Source: a virus (lineage: Duplodnaviria; Heunggongvirae; Uroviricota; Caudoviricetes). Taken from it: DNA of 34,844 nt. Positions 8,147 through 17,675 of the stretch are shown one piece after another. The notes beneath the pieces are model-generated. The model was given only the letters and a program-made list of their open reading frames with translations, was not told the origin of the DNA and searched no databases. Made by a program: the position numbers and the translations under genes. Every line of letters starts with the position of its first letter. Positions within the stretch are counted from its first letter, which is position 1. The stretch covers positions 1-34,844 of IMG/VR virus record IMGVR_UViG_2579778601_000008; one strand, given 5' to 3'.

Positions 8147-9088
8147 TTATATTTTTAATGTTAGTGAATGATATTCACGAGAGTTCACGTTCGATGTGAT
8201 GTAATCGGGGGCGTTAACACCAAGAATCGCAACGAGTAATCGGCAAATTAAAGCCTGCATTTGTTGTAATATGTCATCTCCATATTGATAATTGTTAATA
8301 GTGGTAAAGCCAAGTGGTTGACCATGAAACATAGCTTCATGAAAGTTTTCATTGCGGATGTTTGTAATGTTTTTTTTGCCTGTAACCCATGATGGTCGTG
8401 GTATTCCATAAGTTTTGCAGATCCACTTCAAGCGCCTGGAGTGATTTAGAGTCTTTTCTGTACACTTGTTCTTTTCTGCCCATGTTAAAGCAAAGCAACT
8501 ATCCAGTGCCATATAAAGATACTGGAATTTTTCGAAGCTAAGGTATTGTGGGTTTTGGGATAAAAATAGTGCATGCACTATTGCTGCTATATTTATTGGT
8601 GCGTGTTTGGTTTTTGTCTCGCTAGACATGTATTTGAGTGCTAATTCTATAACCTCTTTTTCAGAGCACTTGACCAGAATAAAGTCAGTTAATTTGCTGG
8701 GTTTTATTGGGGTTGCGTCTAAAAAACCGGCATCAGTAGTTGTTAATCTTATCCCTTTGAAAAAAGACAGACACCACACAGCAAAATTGAGAGTTTCTAG
8801 TGAAGATGTATTTTTTAATTTTAGTGAGTGTGTTTTGGGTAAGCCAAATACTCGTTGGCTAAAAGGCATTGTGGATATGCCTCCATTGAGGTTATATACT
8901 TCTTGGTTTCCTGGGTATATCCAACCGTTAATAACATTTCTGTGATTGTTTATAAGATTTGTTTTTTCCGCTAGACCGGGTAAAGTAAGTAAAGAAAAAT
9001 CATCAGTTTCAACGTTAACTTCTACTGGATAGTATCCAAACTCAGCTTCAATATCATTGGATTGCTGTTCGTCAACTTTACCTTGCAT
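8147..9088 (-). CDS. Hypothetical 313-aa protein with RNxxxH motif (possible HEPN-type nuclease)
   Basis: Long ORF in a markedly AT-rich stretch, convergent with the two upstream genes; GGAG 6 nt upstream of ATG; motif RNENFH near residue 245; no P-loop or HEXXH seen. Confidence 0.65.
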   Translation of the reverse strand: MQGKVDEQQSNDIEAEFGYYPVEVNVETDDFSLLTLPGLAEKTNLINNHRNVINGWIYPGNQEVYNLNGGISTMPFSQRVFGLPKTHSLKLKNTSSLETLNFAVWCLSFFKGIRLTTTDAGFLDATPIKPSKLTDFILVKCSEKEVIELALKYMSSETKTKHAPINIAAIVHALFLSQNPQYLSFEKFQYLYMALDSCFALTWAEKNKCTEKTLNHSRRLKWICKTYGIPRPSWVTGKKNITNIRNENFHEAMFHGQPLGFTTINNYQYGDDILQQMQALICRLLVAILGVNAPDYITSNVNSREYHSLTLKI

Positions 9089-9326
9089 ACATTGCTCCGG
9101 TCAAAAATAGGCTCGATAATTCTCGTAAGCCTATCATGTTCGCAAAGTATCCATACCTGTGGATTTTGTAAATTTAAGTTGATTTGTCATTAAATAAGCC
9201 GTTGCATGCAACAAGTGAATGTTTTTGCATGCGTCGGGGATGTCCGTTCAGGCTGCGTGCGGTCAGGACTGGTGCGGATCCATAGTATCTATGCAACTGC
9301 ATTAAAACCGCCCCATGAAGCGGGCG

Positions 9327-9345
9327 GGCGAGGCGGGGAAAGCAC
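9327..9345. other. cos (cohesive end site) of P2-type phage
   Basis: GGCGAGGCGGGGAAAGCAC matches the 19-nt P2 cohesive end as I recall it; located just upstream of the portal gene Q. Confidence 0.7.
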
Positions 9346-9486
9346 TGCGCGCTGGCGGTGGTGCTGATTTTATTTTTTCAGCGTCTGAGCGCGTCGTGAT
9401 GGCGTTTAGATTGTTAGCCGGGGCGTTGGTGTGTCTGCGGGCTATTTTGTGCGGTGGTGAGCGTGTGAGGGCGTGATGGCGGGTTG

Positions 9487-9510
9487 TAAAAAAGCCGCCC
9501 GCAGGCGGCG
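9487..9510 (-). terminator. Intrinsic terminator downstream of Q (minus strand)
   Basis: Hairpin GCCGCC-CGCA-GGCGGC followed, on the minus strand, by a T6 run immediately after the Q stop. Confidence 0.6.
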
Positions 9511-9514
9511 ATAT

Positions 9515-10549
9515 TCAGCCGTTGTCAGTGTCCAGTGAGTAGTTTTTAAAGCGGATGACCTCCTGACCGAGCCAGCCGTTTATCTCGCGGATCCTGTCCT
9601 GTAGCGGGATAAGCTCATTGCGGACAAAGACCTTTGCCACTTTCTCAATATCACCCAGCGACCCGACGTTCTCCGGCTTGCCGCCCATCAACTGAAAGGG
9701 GATGCGGTGCGCGTCCAGCAGGTCAGCGGCGCTGGCTTTTTTGATATTAAAAAAATCGTCCTTCGTTGCCACTTCACTGAGCGGGATAATTTTGATGCCG
9801 TCGGCTTTCCCCTGTGGGGCATAGAGAAACAGATTTTTAAAGTTGTTGCGGCCTTTCGACTTCACCATGTTTTCGCGGAGCATTTCGATATCGTTGCGAT
9901 CCTGCACGGCATCGGTGACGTACATGATGTATCCGGCATGAGCACCGTTTTCGTAATACTTGCGGCGGAACAGCGTGGCTGATTCATTCAGCCAGGCAGA
10001 GTTAAGGGCGCTGAGATATTCCGGCAGGCCGTACAGCTCCTGATTAATATCCGGCTCCAGCAGGTGAAACACGGAACCGGGCGCGAAGGCTGTCGGTTCG
10101 TTGAAGGACGGCACCCACCAGTAAACATCCTCCTCCACGCCACGGCGGGTATATTTTGCCGGTGAGGTTTCCAGTCTGATGACCTTACCGGTGGTGCTGT
10201 AACGCTTTTCCAGAAACGCATTACCGAACACCAGAAAATCCAGCACAAAGCGGCTGAAATCCTGCTGGGACAGCCACGGATGCGGGATAAATGTCGAGGC
10301 CAGAATATTACGTTTGACGTAAATCGGTGAGCTGTGATGCACGGCAGCACGCAGGCTTTTTGCCAGACCAGTAAAGCTGACCGGTGGTTCATACCATCTG
10401 CCGTTACTGATGCACTCGACGTAATCCAGAATGTCACGGCGGTCGAGTACCGGCACCGGCTCACCAAAGGTGAATGCTTCCATTTTCGGGGCGCTGGCGG
10501 TCATTTTTTTTGCCGCAGGTTGCTGTGTTTTCCCTTTTTTCTTGCTCAT
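9515..10549 (-). CDS. Q: Portal protein (capsid portal vertex)
   Basis: 344-aa ORF; length and sequence agree with P2 gpQ as I recall it; start ATG overlaps the P stop (ATGA). Confidence 0.92.
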   Translation of the reverse strand: MSKKKGKTQQPAAKKMTASAPKMEAFTFGEPVPVLDRRDILDYVECISNGRWYEPPVSFTGLAKSLRAAVHHSSPIYVKRNILASTFIPHPWLSQQDFSRFVLDFLVFGNAFLEKRYSTTGKVIRLETSPAKYTRRGVEEDVYWWVPSFNEPTAFAPGSVFHLLEPDINQELYGLPEYLSALNSAWLNESATLFRRKYYENGAHAGYIMYVTDAVQDRNDIEMLRENMVKSKGRNNFKNLFLYAPQGKADGIKIIPLSEVATKDDFFNIKKASAADLLDAHRIPFQLMGGKPENVGSLGDIEKVAKVFVRNELIPLQDRIREINGWLGQEVIRFKNYSLDTDNG

Positions 10550-12321
10550 CAGTAAAACTCCAGAATGGTGGATGTCAGCGGGGTGCTGATACCGGCGGTG
10601 AGTGGCTCATTTAACAGGGCGTGCATGGTCGCCCAGGCGAGGTCGGCGTGGCTGGCTTCCTCGCTGCGGCTGGCCTCATAGGTGGCGCTGCGTCCGCTGC
10701 TGGTCATGGTCTTGCGGATAGCCATAAACGAGCTGGTGATGTCGGTGGCGCTGACGTCGTATTCCAGACAGCCACGGCGGATAACGTCTTTTGCCTTGAG
10801 CACCATTGCGGTTTTCATTTCCGGCGTGTAGCGGATATCACGCGCGGCGGGATAGAACGAGCGCACGAGCTGGAACACGCCGACACCGAGGCCGGTGGCA
10901 TCAATTCCGATGTATTCGACGTTGTATTTTTCGGTGAGTTTGCGGATGGATTCAGCCTGGGTGGCAAAGTCCATGCCTTTCCACTGGTGACGCTCAAGTA
11001 TTCTGAATTTGCCACCGGCCACCACCGGCGGTGCCAGCACCACGCATCCGGCGCTGTCGCCACGGTGTGACGGGTCGTAACCAATCCATACAGGGCGGGA
11101 GCCGAACGGATTGGCGGCAAACGGCGCATAGTCTTCCCATTCTTCCAGCGTATCGACCATGCAGCGTTGCAGCTCCTCGAACGGGAACACCGACGCCTTG
11201 TCGTCAACAAATTCACACATGAACAGGTTTTTAAAATCGTCGGCGCTGTTTTCGCGTTTAAGCTGCTCAATGTCGAACAGCGTGCAGCCACCTTTCAGGG
11301 CGTCCTCAATGGTGACAATCTGCCGCCACTGGCCGTCCGCACAGAGAAGCCCACCGGCAAGGGCGTTATGACTGACGTCGATTTCCACACGTTCGGCGGC
11401 GCTGGCGCGTCCCCGGTTGAACAGTTCACCCGACCAGAACGGGTAGGCGTCGTGCGCCAGCGTGGATGGGGTGGAGAAATAGGTCGAACGCAGGTGACTC
11501 TGTGAGGCCATACCTGATGCCACCTTACGCAGTACCTGAAAATTCGGGATCCAGAAAATCTCATCGACGTACAGGTCGCCGTTATGGCTCTGTGCGGTGT
11601 TGGAGTTGGTGCCGAGAAAAATCAGTTTTGCGCCGTTATTGCCCAGGACAATCGGGTCACCGGTCAGGTCAACGTCAACCAGACGGGCAAAGGCGATGAT
11701 GTATTCGCGGAACACATACGCCTGCGTTTTACTGGCCGACAGAAAAATCTGGTTATGACCGGTTTTCAGGGCGCGCAGCAGCGCCTCGCGGGAAAAATAA
11801 AACGTTGCGCCAATCTGGCGGGATTTCAGAATATCGCGGATGCGGTGCTCAAGCCCGGCGCGATACCAGTGCAGCTGATAGTCGAAAGACTGCTTAAAGA
11901 AAATCTGCTCCAGCTTTTCGATGGCCTCGTCACTGAAAAAATTCTTTTTCGGTTTGCGACGCCCGCCTTTGTTGCGGTTAGCGACGTTCGGATTAAGGTC
12001 TGCCTCGTTGCCGGTCTGACTGTAGCGGTTGACCCGTGCCAGTCGTTCAATCTGGCGTCCGAGCAGGTCAATTTCCTTGAAGTCACCGCCGGTTTTCTGC
12101 GGTTTGATGATGAGCTGGGTCAGTCGCGCTTCCAGACTCATTTCGACACGGCTGATGGGGGCAACGCTGTCCCAGCCGTCGCGCTGTTTCCAGCTCTGCA
12201 CCGTCGGGCGTTTCATCTGCAACATGGCGGCAATCTGCGGCACGGAAAACCCCTGCCAGTACAGCAGCGCCGCCTGACGACGCGGGTCGTGTAAAAGAGT
12301 GGTGTCTGTGGTGATGGTCAT
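10549..12321 (-). CDS. P: Terminase large (ATPase) subunit
   Basis: Start chosen at the internal Met (MTITTDTTLLHDPRR...), giving 590 aa as in P2 gpP; transcribed with Q, divergent from O. Confidence 0.92.
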   Translation of the reverse strand: MTITTDTTLLHDPRRQAALLYWQGFSVPQIAAMLQMKRPTVQSWKQRDGWDSVAPISRVEMSLEARLTQLIIKPQKTGGDFKEIDLLGRQIERLARVNRYSQTGNEADLNPNVANRNKGGRRKPKKNFFSDEAIEKLEQIFFKQSFDYQLHWYRAGLEHRIRDILKSRQIGATFYFSREALLRALKTGHNQIFLSASKTQAYVFREYIIAFARLVDVDLTGDPIVLGNNGAKLIFLGTNSNTAQSHNGDLYVDEIFWIPNFQVLRKVASGMASQSHLRSTYFSTPSTLAHDAYPFWSGELFNRGRASAAERVEIDVSHNALAGGLLCADGQWRQIVTIEDALKGGCTLFDIEQLKRENSADDFKNLFMCEFVDDKASVFPFEELQRCMVDTLEEWEDYAPFAANPFGSRPVWIGYDPSHRGDSAGCVVLAPPVVAGGKFRILERHQWKGMDFATQAESIRKLTEKYNVEYIGIDATGLGVGVFQLVRSFYPAARDIRYTPEMKTAMVLKAKDVIRRGCLEYDVSATDITSSFMAIRKTMTSSGRSATYEASRSEEASHADLAWATMHALLNEPLTAGISTPLTSTILEFY

Positions 12322-12494
12322 GAATACCTCGCCGTGATGAATACACGGCAAGGCTACTGAGTCGCGCCCCGCGATTCGCTAAGGTGCTGTTGTGTCAGTG
12401 ATAAGCCATCCGGGACTGATGGCGGAGGATGCGCATCGTCGGGAAACTGATGCCGACATGTGACTCCTCTAATCACTATTCAGGACTCCTGACA
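12322..12494. promoter_or_regulatory. Divergent late promoter region between P and O (expected Ogr-dependent)
   Basis: Position between divergently transcribed late operons; partial dyad CCGTGATGAATACACGG. Specific Ogr sites not resolved. Confidence 0.45.
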
Positions 12495-13349
12495 ATGGCA
12501 AAAAAAGTCTCAAAATTCTTTCGTATCGGCGTTGAGGGTGACACCTGTGACGGGCGTGTCATCAGTGCGCAGGATATTCAGGAAATGGCCGAAACCTTTG
12601 ACCCGCGTGTCTATGGTTGCCGCATTAACCTGGAACATCTGCGCGGCATCCTGCCTGACGGCATCTTTAAACGTTATGGCGATGTGGTCGAACTGAAGGC
12701 CGAAAAGATTGACGATGATTCGGCGCTGAAAGGCAAATGGGCGCTGTTTGCGAAAATCACCCCGACCGATGACCTTATCGCGATGAACAAGGCCGCGCAG
12801 AAGGTCTACACCTCAATGGAAATTCAGCCGAACTTTGCCAACACCGGCAAATGTTATCTGGTGGGGCTGGCCGTCACCGATGACCCGGCAAGCCTCGGCA
12901 CGGAATACCTGGAATTCTGCCGCACGGCAAAACACAACCCCCTGAACCGCTTCAAATTAAGCCCTGAAAACCTGATTTCAGTGGCAACGCCCGTTGAGCT
13001 GGAATTTGAAGACCTGCCTGAAACCGTGTTCACCGCCCTGACCGAAAAGGTGAAATCCATTTTTGGCCGCAAACAGGCCAGCGATGACGCCCGTCTGAAT
13101 GACGTGCATGAAGCGGTGACCGCTGTTGCTGAACATGTGCAGGAAAAACTGAGCGCCACTGAGCAGCGCCTCGCTGAGATGGAAACCGCCTTTTCCGCAC
13201 TTAAGCAGGAGGTGACTGACAGGGCGGATGAAACCAGCCAGGCATTCACCCGCCTGAAAAACAGTCTCGACCACACCGAAAGTCTGACCCAGCAGCGCCG
13301 CAGCAAGGCCACCGGCGGTGGCGGTGACGCCCTGATGACGAACTGCTGA
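12495..13349 (+). CDS. O: Capsid scaffolding protein
   Basis: Start at MAKKVSKFFRIGVEG... (internal ATG of the ORF), 284 aa, matching P2 gpO length and position. Confidence 0.9.
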   Translation: MAKKVSKFFRIGVEGDTCDGRVISAQDIQEMAETFDPRVYGCRINLEHLRGILPDGIFKRYGDVVELKAEKIDDDSALKGKWALFAKITPTDDLIAMNKAAQKVYTSMEIQPNFANTGKCYLVGLAVTDDPASLGTEYLEFCRTAKHNPLNRFKLSPENLISVATPVELEFEDLPETVFTALTEKVKSIFGRKQASDDARLNDVHEAVTAVAEHVQEKLSATEQRLAEMETAFSALKQEVTDRADETSQAFTRLKNSLDHTESLTQQRRSKATGGGGDALMTNC

Positions 13350-13407
13350 CCAGCGTCAGTCAGTCCGGGAAAATCTTCACGATTAACCCTTAATTTCAGG
13401 AAAAACT

Positions 13408-14481
13408 ATGCGCCAGGAAACCCGCTTTAAATTTAATGCCTACCTGTCCCGTGTTGCCGAACTGAACGGCATCGACGCCGGTGATGTGTCGAAAAAATTC
13501 ACCGTTGAACCGTCGGTCACCCAGACCCTGATGAACACCATGCAGGAGTCCTCTGACTTTCTGACCCGCATCAATATTGTGCCGGTCAGCGAAATGAAAG
13601 GGGAAAAAATTGGCATCGGTGTCACCGGCTCCATCGCCAGCACCACCGACACCGCCGGTGGCACCGAGCGTCAGCCGAAGGACTTCTCGAAGCTGGCGTC
13701 CAGTAAGTACGAATGCGACCAGATTAACTTCGATTTTTATATCCGCTACAAAACGCTTGACCTGTGGGCGCGTTATCAGGATTTCCAGCTCCGTGTCCGT
13801 AACGCCATTATCAAACGCCAGTCCCTTGATTTAATCATGGCCGGTTTTAACGGCGTGAAGCGTGCCGAAACCTCTGACCGCAGCAGCAATCCGATGCTGC
13901 AGGATGTGGCGGTCGGCTGGCTGCAGAAATACCGCAATGAAGCACCGGCGCGCGTGATGAGCAAGGTCACTGACGAGGAAGGGCACACCACCTCTGAGGT
14001 CATCCGCGTGGGTAAGGGCGGTGATTATGCCAGCCTCGATGCACTGGTGATGGATGCGACCAACAACCTGATTGAGCCGTGGTATCAGGAAGACCCTGAC
14101 CTTGTGGTGATTGTGGGGCGTCAGCTGCTGGCGGACAAATATTTCCCCATCGTCAACAAGGAGCAGGACAACAGCGAAATGCTGGCCGCTGACGTCATCA
14201 TCAGCCAGAAACGCATCGGCAACCTGCCAGCGGTACGCGTCCCGTACTTCCCGGCGGATGCGATGCTCATCACGAAGCTGGAAAACCTGTCCATCTACTA
14301 CATGGATGACAGCCATCGCCGCGTGATTGTGGAAAACCCGAAACTCGACCGCGTGGAGAACTACGAGTCAATGAACATTGATTACGTGGTGGAAGACTAC
14401 GCCGCCGGTTGTCTGGTGGAAAAAATCAAGGTCGGTGATTTCTCCACACCGGCTAAGGCGACCGCAGAGCCGGGAGCGTAA
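13408..14481 (+). CDS. N: Major capsid protein
   Basis: 357-aa ORF at the P2 gpN position with the expected length. Confidence 0.92.
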   Translation: MRQETRFKFNAYLSRVAELNGIDAGDVSKKFTVEPSVTQTLMNTMQESSDFLTRINIVPVSEMKGEKIGIGVTGSIASTTDTAGGTERQPKDFSKLASSKYECDQINFDFYIRYKTLDLWARYQDFQLRVRNAIIKRQSLDLIMAGFNGVKRAETSDRSSNPMLQDVAVGWLQKYRNEAPARVMSKVTDEEGHTTSEVIRVGKGGDYASLDALVMDATNNLIEPWYQEDPDLVVIVGRQLLADKYFPIVNKEQDNSEMLAADVIISQKRIGNLPAVRVPYFPADAMLITKLENLSIYYMDDSHRRVIVENPKLDRVENYESMNIDYVVEDYAAGCLVEKIKVGDFSTPAKATAEPGA

Positions 14482-14484
14482 CCG

Positions 14485-15228
14485 ATGACGAGTCCCGCAC
14501 AACGCCACATGATGCGGGTCTCGGCAGCGATAACCGCGCAGCGGGAGGCCGCCCCGCTGCGACATGCAACTGTCTATGAGCAGATGCTGGTTAAGCTCGC
14601 CGCAGACCAGCGCACACTGAAAGCGATTTATTCAAAAGAGCTGAAGGCCGCGAAAAAGCGCGAACTGCTGCCGTTCTGGTTGCCGTGGGTGAACGGCGTG
14701 CTGGAGCAGGGCAAAGGTGCACAGGATGACATTCTGATGACAGTCATGCTGTGGCGTCTGGATACCGGCGATATTGCCGGTGCGCTGGAGATTGCCCGTT
14801 ATGCCCTGAAGTACGGTCTGACCATGCCGGGTAAACACCGCCGCACCCCGCCGTACATGTTCACCGAGGAGGTGGCGCTTGCGGCCATGCGCGCTCACGC
14901 TGCCGGTGAGTCTGTGGATCCCCGCCTGCTGACGGACACCCTCGAACTGACCGCCACGGCTGACATGCCTGATGAAGTGCGCGCAAAGCTGCACAAAATC
15001 ACCGGTCTGTTTCTGCGTGACGCTGGTGATGCCGCAGGGGCGCTGGCACACCTGCAACGTGCGACACAGCTCGACTGTCAGGCAGGCGTCAAAAAAGAGA
15101 TTGAACGACTGGAGCGGGAGCTGAAACCGAAGCCGGAGCCGCAGCCCAAAGCGGCCACCCGCGCCCCGCGTAAGACCCGGAGCGTGACACCGGCAAAACG
15201 TGGACGCCCGAAAAAGAAAGCCAGTTAA
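14485..15228 (+). CDS. M: Terminase small/endonuclease subunit
   Basis: 247-aa ORF at the P2 gpM position; basic C-terminal tail. Confidence 0.88.
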   Translation: MTSPAQRHMMRVSAAITAQREAAPLRHATVYEQMLVKLAADQRTLKAIYSKELKAAKKRELLPFWLPWVNGVLEQGKGAQDDILMTVMLWRLDTGDIAGALEIARYALKYGLTMPGKHRRTPPYMFTEEVALAAMRAHAAGESVDPRLLTDTLELTATADMPDEVRAKLHKITGLFLRDAGDAAGALAHLQRATQLDCQAGVKKEIERLERELKPKPEPQPKAATRAPRKTRSVTPAKRGRPKKKAS

Positions 15229-15327
15229 CAACCGAATGCGCCCCGCGCCAGGGCGGCACGCCGGTCAGTGAGGGTGAATCACCTGACACTGCACCGGCGT
15301 CCACCGCCCGACTTTTCAGAGGTGGTC

Positions 15328-15837
15328 ATGATGACGCTGATTATTCCGCGAAAGGAGGCTCCCGTGTCCGGTGAGGGTACGGTGGTCATCCCGCAACCGG
15401 CAGGCGACGAGCCGGTGATTAAAAACACGTTCTTTTTTCCCGATATCGACCCGAAGCGCGTCCGGGAACGTATGCGCCTTGAGCAGACCGTCGCCCCCGC
15501 CCGTCTGCGTGAGGCCATCAAGTCAGGTATGGCGGAGACGAATGCGGAGCTGTACGAGTACCGCGAACAGAAAATTGCCGCCGGTTTTACGCGTCTGGCG
15601 GACGTCCCGGCGGACGACATCGACGGTGAAAGCATCAAAGTTTTTTACTACGAGCGCGCCGTGTGTGCGATGGCGACCGCGTCGCTTTATGAGCGTTATC
15701 GCGGCGTGGATGCCAGTGCGAAAGGCGACAAGAAGGCTGACAGCATTGACAGCACCATTGATGAACTGTGGCGGGATATGCGCTGGGCGGTGGCGCGTAT
15801 CCAGGACAAGCCGCGCTGCATCGTGAGTCAAATCTGA
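15328..15837 (+). CDS. L: Head completion/stabilisation protein
   Basis: Start at MMTLIIPRKEAP..., 169 aa as in P2 gpL; stop overlaps the X start. Confidence 0.88.
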   Translation: MMTLIIPRKEAPVSGEGTVVIPQPAGDEPVIKNTFFFPDIDPKRVRERMRLEQTVAPARLREAIKSGMAETNAELYEYREQKIAAGFTRLADVPADDIDGESIKVFYYERAVCAMATASLYERYRGVDASAKGDKKADSIDSTIDELWRDMRWAVARIQDKPRCIVSQI

Positions 15838-16040
15838 TGAAGACCTTTGCGCTACAGGGCGACACGCTCGACGCCATTTGTGTCCGGTATTACGGGCGCA
15901 CTGAGGGCGTGGTTGAGACCGTGCTCGCCGCAAATCCGGGACTGGCTGAACTGGGTGCGGTGCTGCCACACGGCACCGCCGTCGAACTGCCCGACGTTCA
16001 GACCGCGCCCGTGGCTGAAACTGTCAATCTGTGGGAGTAA
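15837..16040 (+). CDS. X: Tail protein X
   Basis: 67-aa ORF starting MKTFALQGDTLDAICVRYYG..., at the P2 gpX position. Confidence 0.85.
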   Translation: MKTFALQGDTLDAICVRYYGRTEGVVETVLAANPGLAELGAVLPHGTAVELPDVQTAPVAETVNLWE

Positions 16041-16043
16041 CGC

Positions 16044-16325
16044 ATGACAGCAGAAGAAAAAAGCGTCCTGTCGCTTTTCATGATTGGGGTGCTGATTGTT
16101 GTCGGCAAGGTGCTTGCCGGTGGTGAACCCATCACCCCGCGTCTGTTTATCGGGCGCATGTTGCTCGGTGGTTTTGTCTCGATGGTTGCCGGTGTTGTTC
16201 TGGTGCAGTTTCCTGACCTGTCACTGCCTGCGGTGTGCGGCATCGGCTCCATGCTGGGTATCGCTGGTTATCAGGTGATTGAGATTGCCATTCAGCGCCG
16301 CTTTAAGTGCAGGGGGAAACCGTAA
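16044..16325 (+). CDS. Y: Holin
   Basis: 93-aa protein with hydrophobic helices, directly upstream of the endolysin (P2 gpY position). Confidence 0.85.
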   Translation: MTAEEKSVLSLFMIGVLIVVGKVLAGGEPITPRLFIGRMLLGGFVSMVAGVVLVQFPDLSLPAVCGIGSMLGIAGYQVIEIAIQRRFKCRGKP

Positions 16326-16822
16326 TGCCGGTAATTAACACGCATCAGAATATCGCTGCCTTTCTCGACATGCTGGCCGTGTCCGAAGGGACGGCGAATC
16401 ATCCGCTGACGAAAAACCGGGGCTATGACGTGATAGTCACCGGAGTGGACGGGAAGCCGGAAATCTTCACCGACTACAGTGACCACCCGTTCGCACATGG
16501 CCGACCGGCGAAGGTGTTTAACCGTCGCGGTGAAAAATCCACGGCCTCCGGTCGCTATCAGCAGCTTTACCTGTTCTGGCCGCACTACCGCAAACAGCTT
16601 GCCCTGCCGGATTTCAGTCCGTTGTCGCAGGACAGACTCGCCATTCAGTTGATCCGCGAACGCGGTGCACTGGATGACATCCGGGCGGGACGCATTGAGC
16701 GCGCCATTTCACGCTGTCGCAATATCTGGGCGTCCCTGCCGGGTGCCGGTTACGGTCAGCGTGAGCATTCACTGGAAAAACTGGTCACCGTCTGGCGTAC
16801 CGCTGGCGGCGTACCGGCTTAA
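16325..16822 (+). CDS. K: Endolysin (lysozyme-like)
   Basis: Start at MPVINTHQNIAAFLDMLAVSEGT... overlapping the Y stop (TAATG); 165 aa as in P2 gpK. Confidence 0.88.
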   Translation: MPVINTHQNIAAFLDMLAVSEGTANHPLTKNRGYDVIVTGVDGKPEIFTDYSDHPFAHGRPAKVFNRRGEKSTASGRYQQLYLFWPHYRKQLALPDFSPLSQDRLAIQLIRERGALDDIRAGRIERAISRCRNIWASLPGAGYGQREHSLEKLVTVWRTAGGVPA

Positions 16823-16836
16823 ACGGAGTAAACACC

Positions 16837-17262
16837 ATGAAGAAATTATCCCTTTCACTGATGCTGAACGTGTCGCTGGCGCTGATGCTGGCACTGTCCC
16901 TGATTTACCCGCAGAGCGTGGCCGTCAGTTTTGTCGCCGCCTGGGCGATTCTGGCGACGGTTATCTGTGTGGTTGCCGGTGGTGTCGGCGTGTATGCCAC
17001 AGAGTATGTGCTGGAACGCTACGGGCGGGAGCTGCCGCCGGAATCGCTGGCCGTGAAGATTGTCACGTCGCTGTTTTTGCAGCCGGTGCCGTGGCGCAGA
17101 CGGGCGGTGGCTCTGGTGGTGATGGTGGCGACGTTTATCTCGCTGGTCGCTGCCGGGTGGATTTTTACTGCGCTGATTTACCTCGTGGCGTCGGTGTTCT
17201 TCCGGCTGATACGTACGGCCTGCCGTCAGCGTTTTGAGGGGCGGGAACCATGTCAAAGCTGA
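16837..17262 (+). CDS. lysA: Lysis timing membrane protein LysA
   Basis: 141-aa, strongly hydrophobic ORF following K. Confidence 0.8.
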   Translation: MKKLSLSLMLNVSLALMLALSLIYPQSVAVSFVAAWAILATVICVVAGGVGVYATEYVLERYGRELPPESLAVKIVTSLFLQPVPWRRRAVALVVMVATFISLVAAGWIFTALIYLVASVFFRLIRTACRQRFEGREPCQS

Positions 17263-17675
17263 TGATTGTGCTGGTTGTGTTGTTATCACTGGCGGTGGCC
17301 GGTCTGTTTCTGGTGAAACACAAAAATGCCAGCCTGCGCGCCTCGCTGGACAGGGCGAACAACGTCGCCAGCGGGCAGCAGACGACCATCACCGTGCTGA
17401 AAAATCAGCTTCATGTTGCCCTCACCAGGGCAGACAAAAACGAGCTGGCGCAGGTGGCACTGCGTCAGGAACTGGAAAACGCCGCGAAGCGTGAAGCACA
17501 GCGCGAGAAAACCATCACGAGGTTACTCAATGAAAACGAAGATTTTCGCCGCTGGTACGGCGCTGACCTGCCTGATGCTGTGCGCCGGTTGCACCAGCGC
17601 CCCGCCTGCACTGACGCCAGTGATTGTCGCCAACGCCTGCCCGAAAGTGAGTCTTTGCCCGATGCCGGGCAGTGA
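17250..17675 (+). CDS. lysB: Rz-like inner-membrane spanin LysB
   Basis: 141-aa ORF with an N-terminal TM and a coiled-coil-like region; follows lysA. Confidence 0.8.
   Translation: MSKLMIVLVVLLSLAVAGLFLVKHKNASLRASLDRANNVASGQQTTITVLKNQLHVALTRADKNELAQVALRQELENAAKREAQREKTITRLLNENEDFRRWYGADLPDAVRRLHQRPACTDASDCRQRLPESESLPDAGQ

Noticed and set aside
5776-9326. Homologues of P2 tin or old in the hotspot
   Set aside because: None of the three proteins shows a P-loop ATPase/Old-type nuclease arrangement or Tin-like features; the cargo is different.
10621-12294. Many 60-240 aa ORFs on the plus strand inside the terminase gene P (for example 11584-12294, 10621-11070)
   Set aside because: They lie antisense within a long, well-supported GC-rich gene; such shadow ORFs are expected from codon bias and have no start signals or partners.
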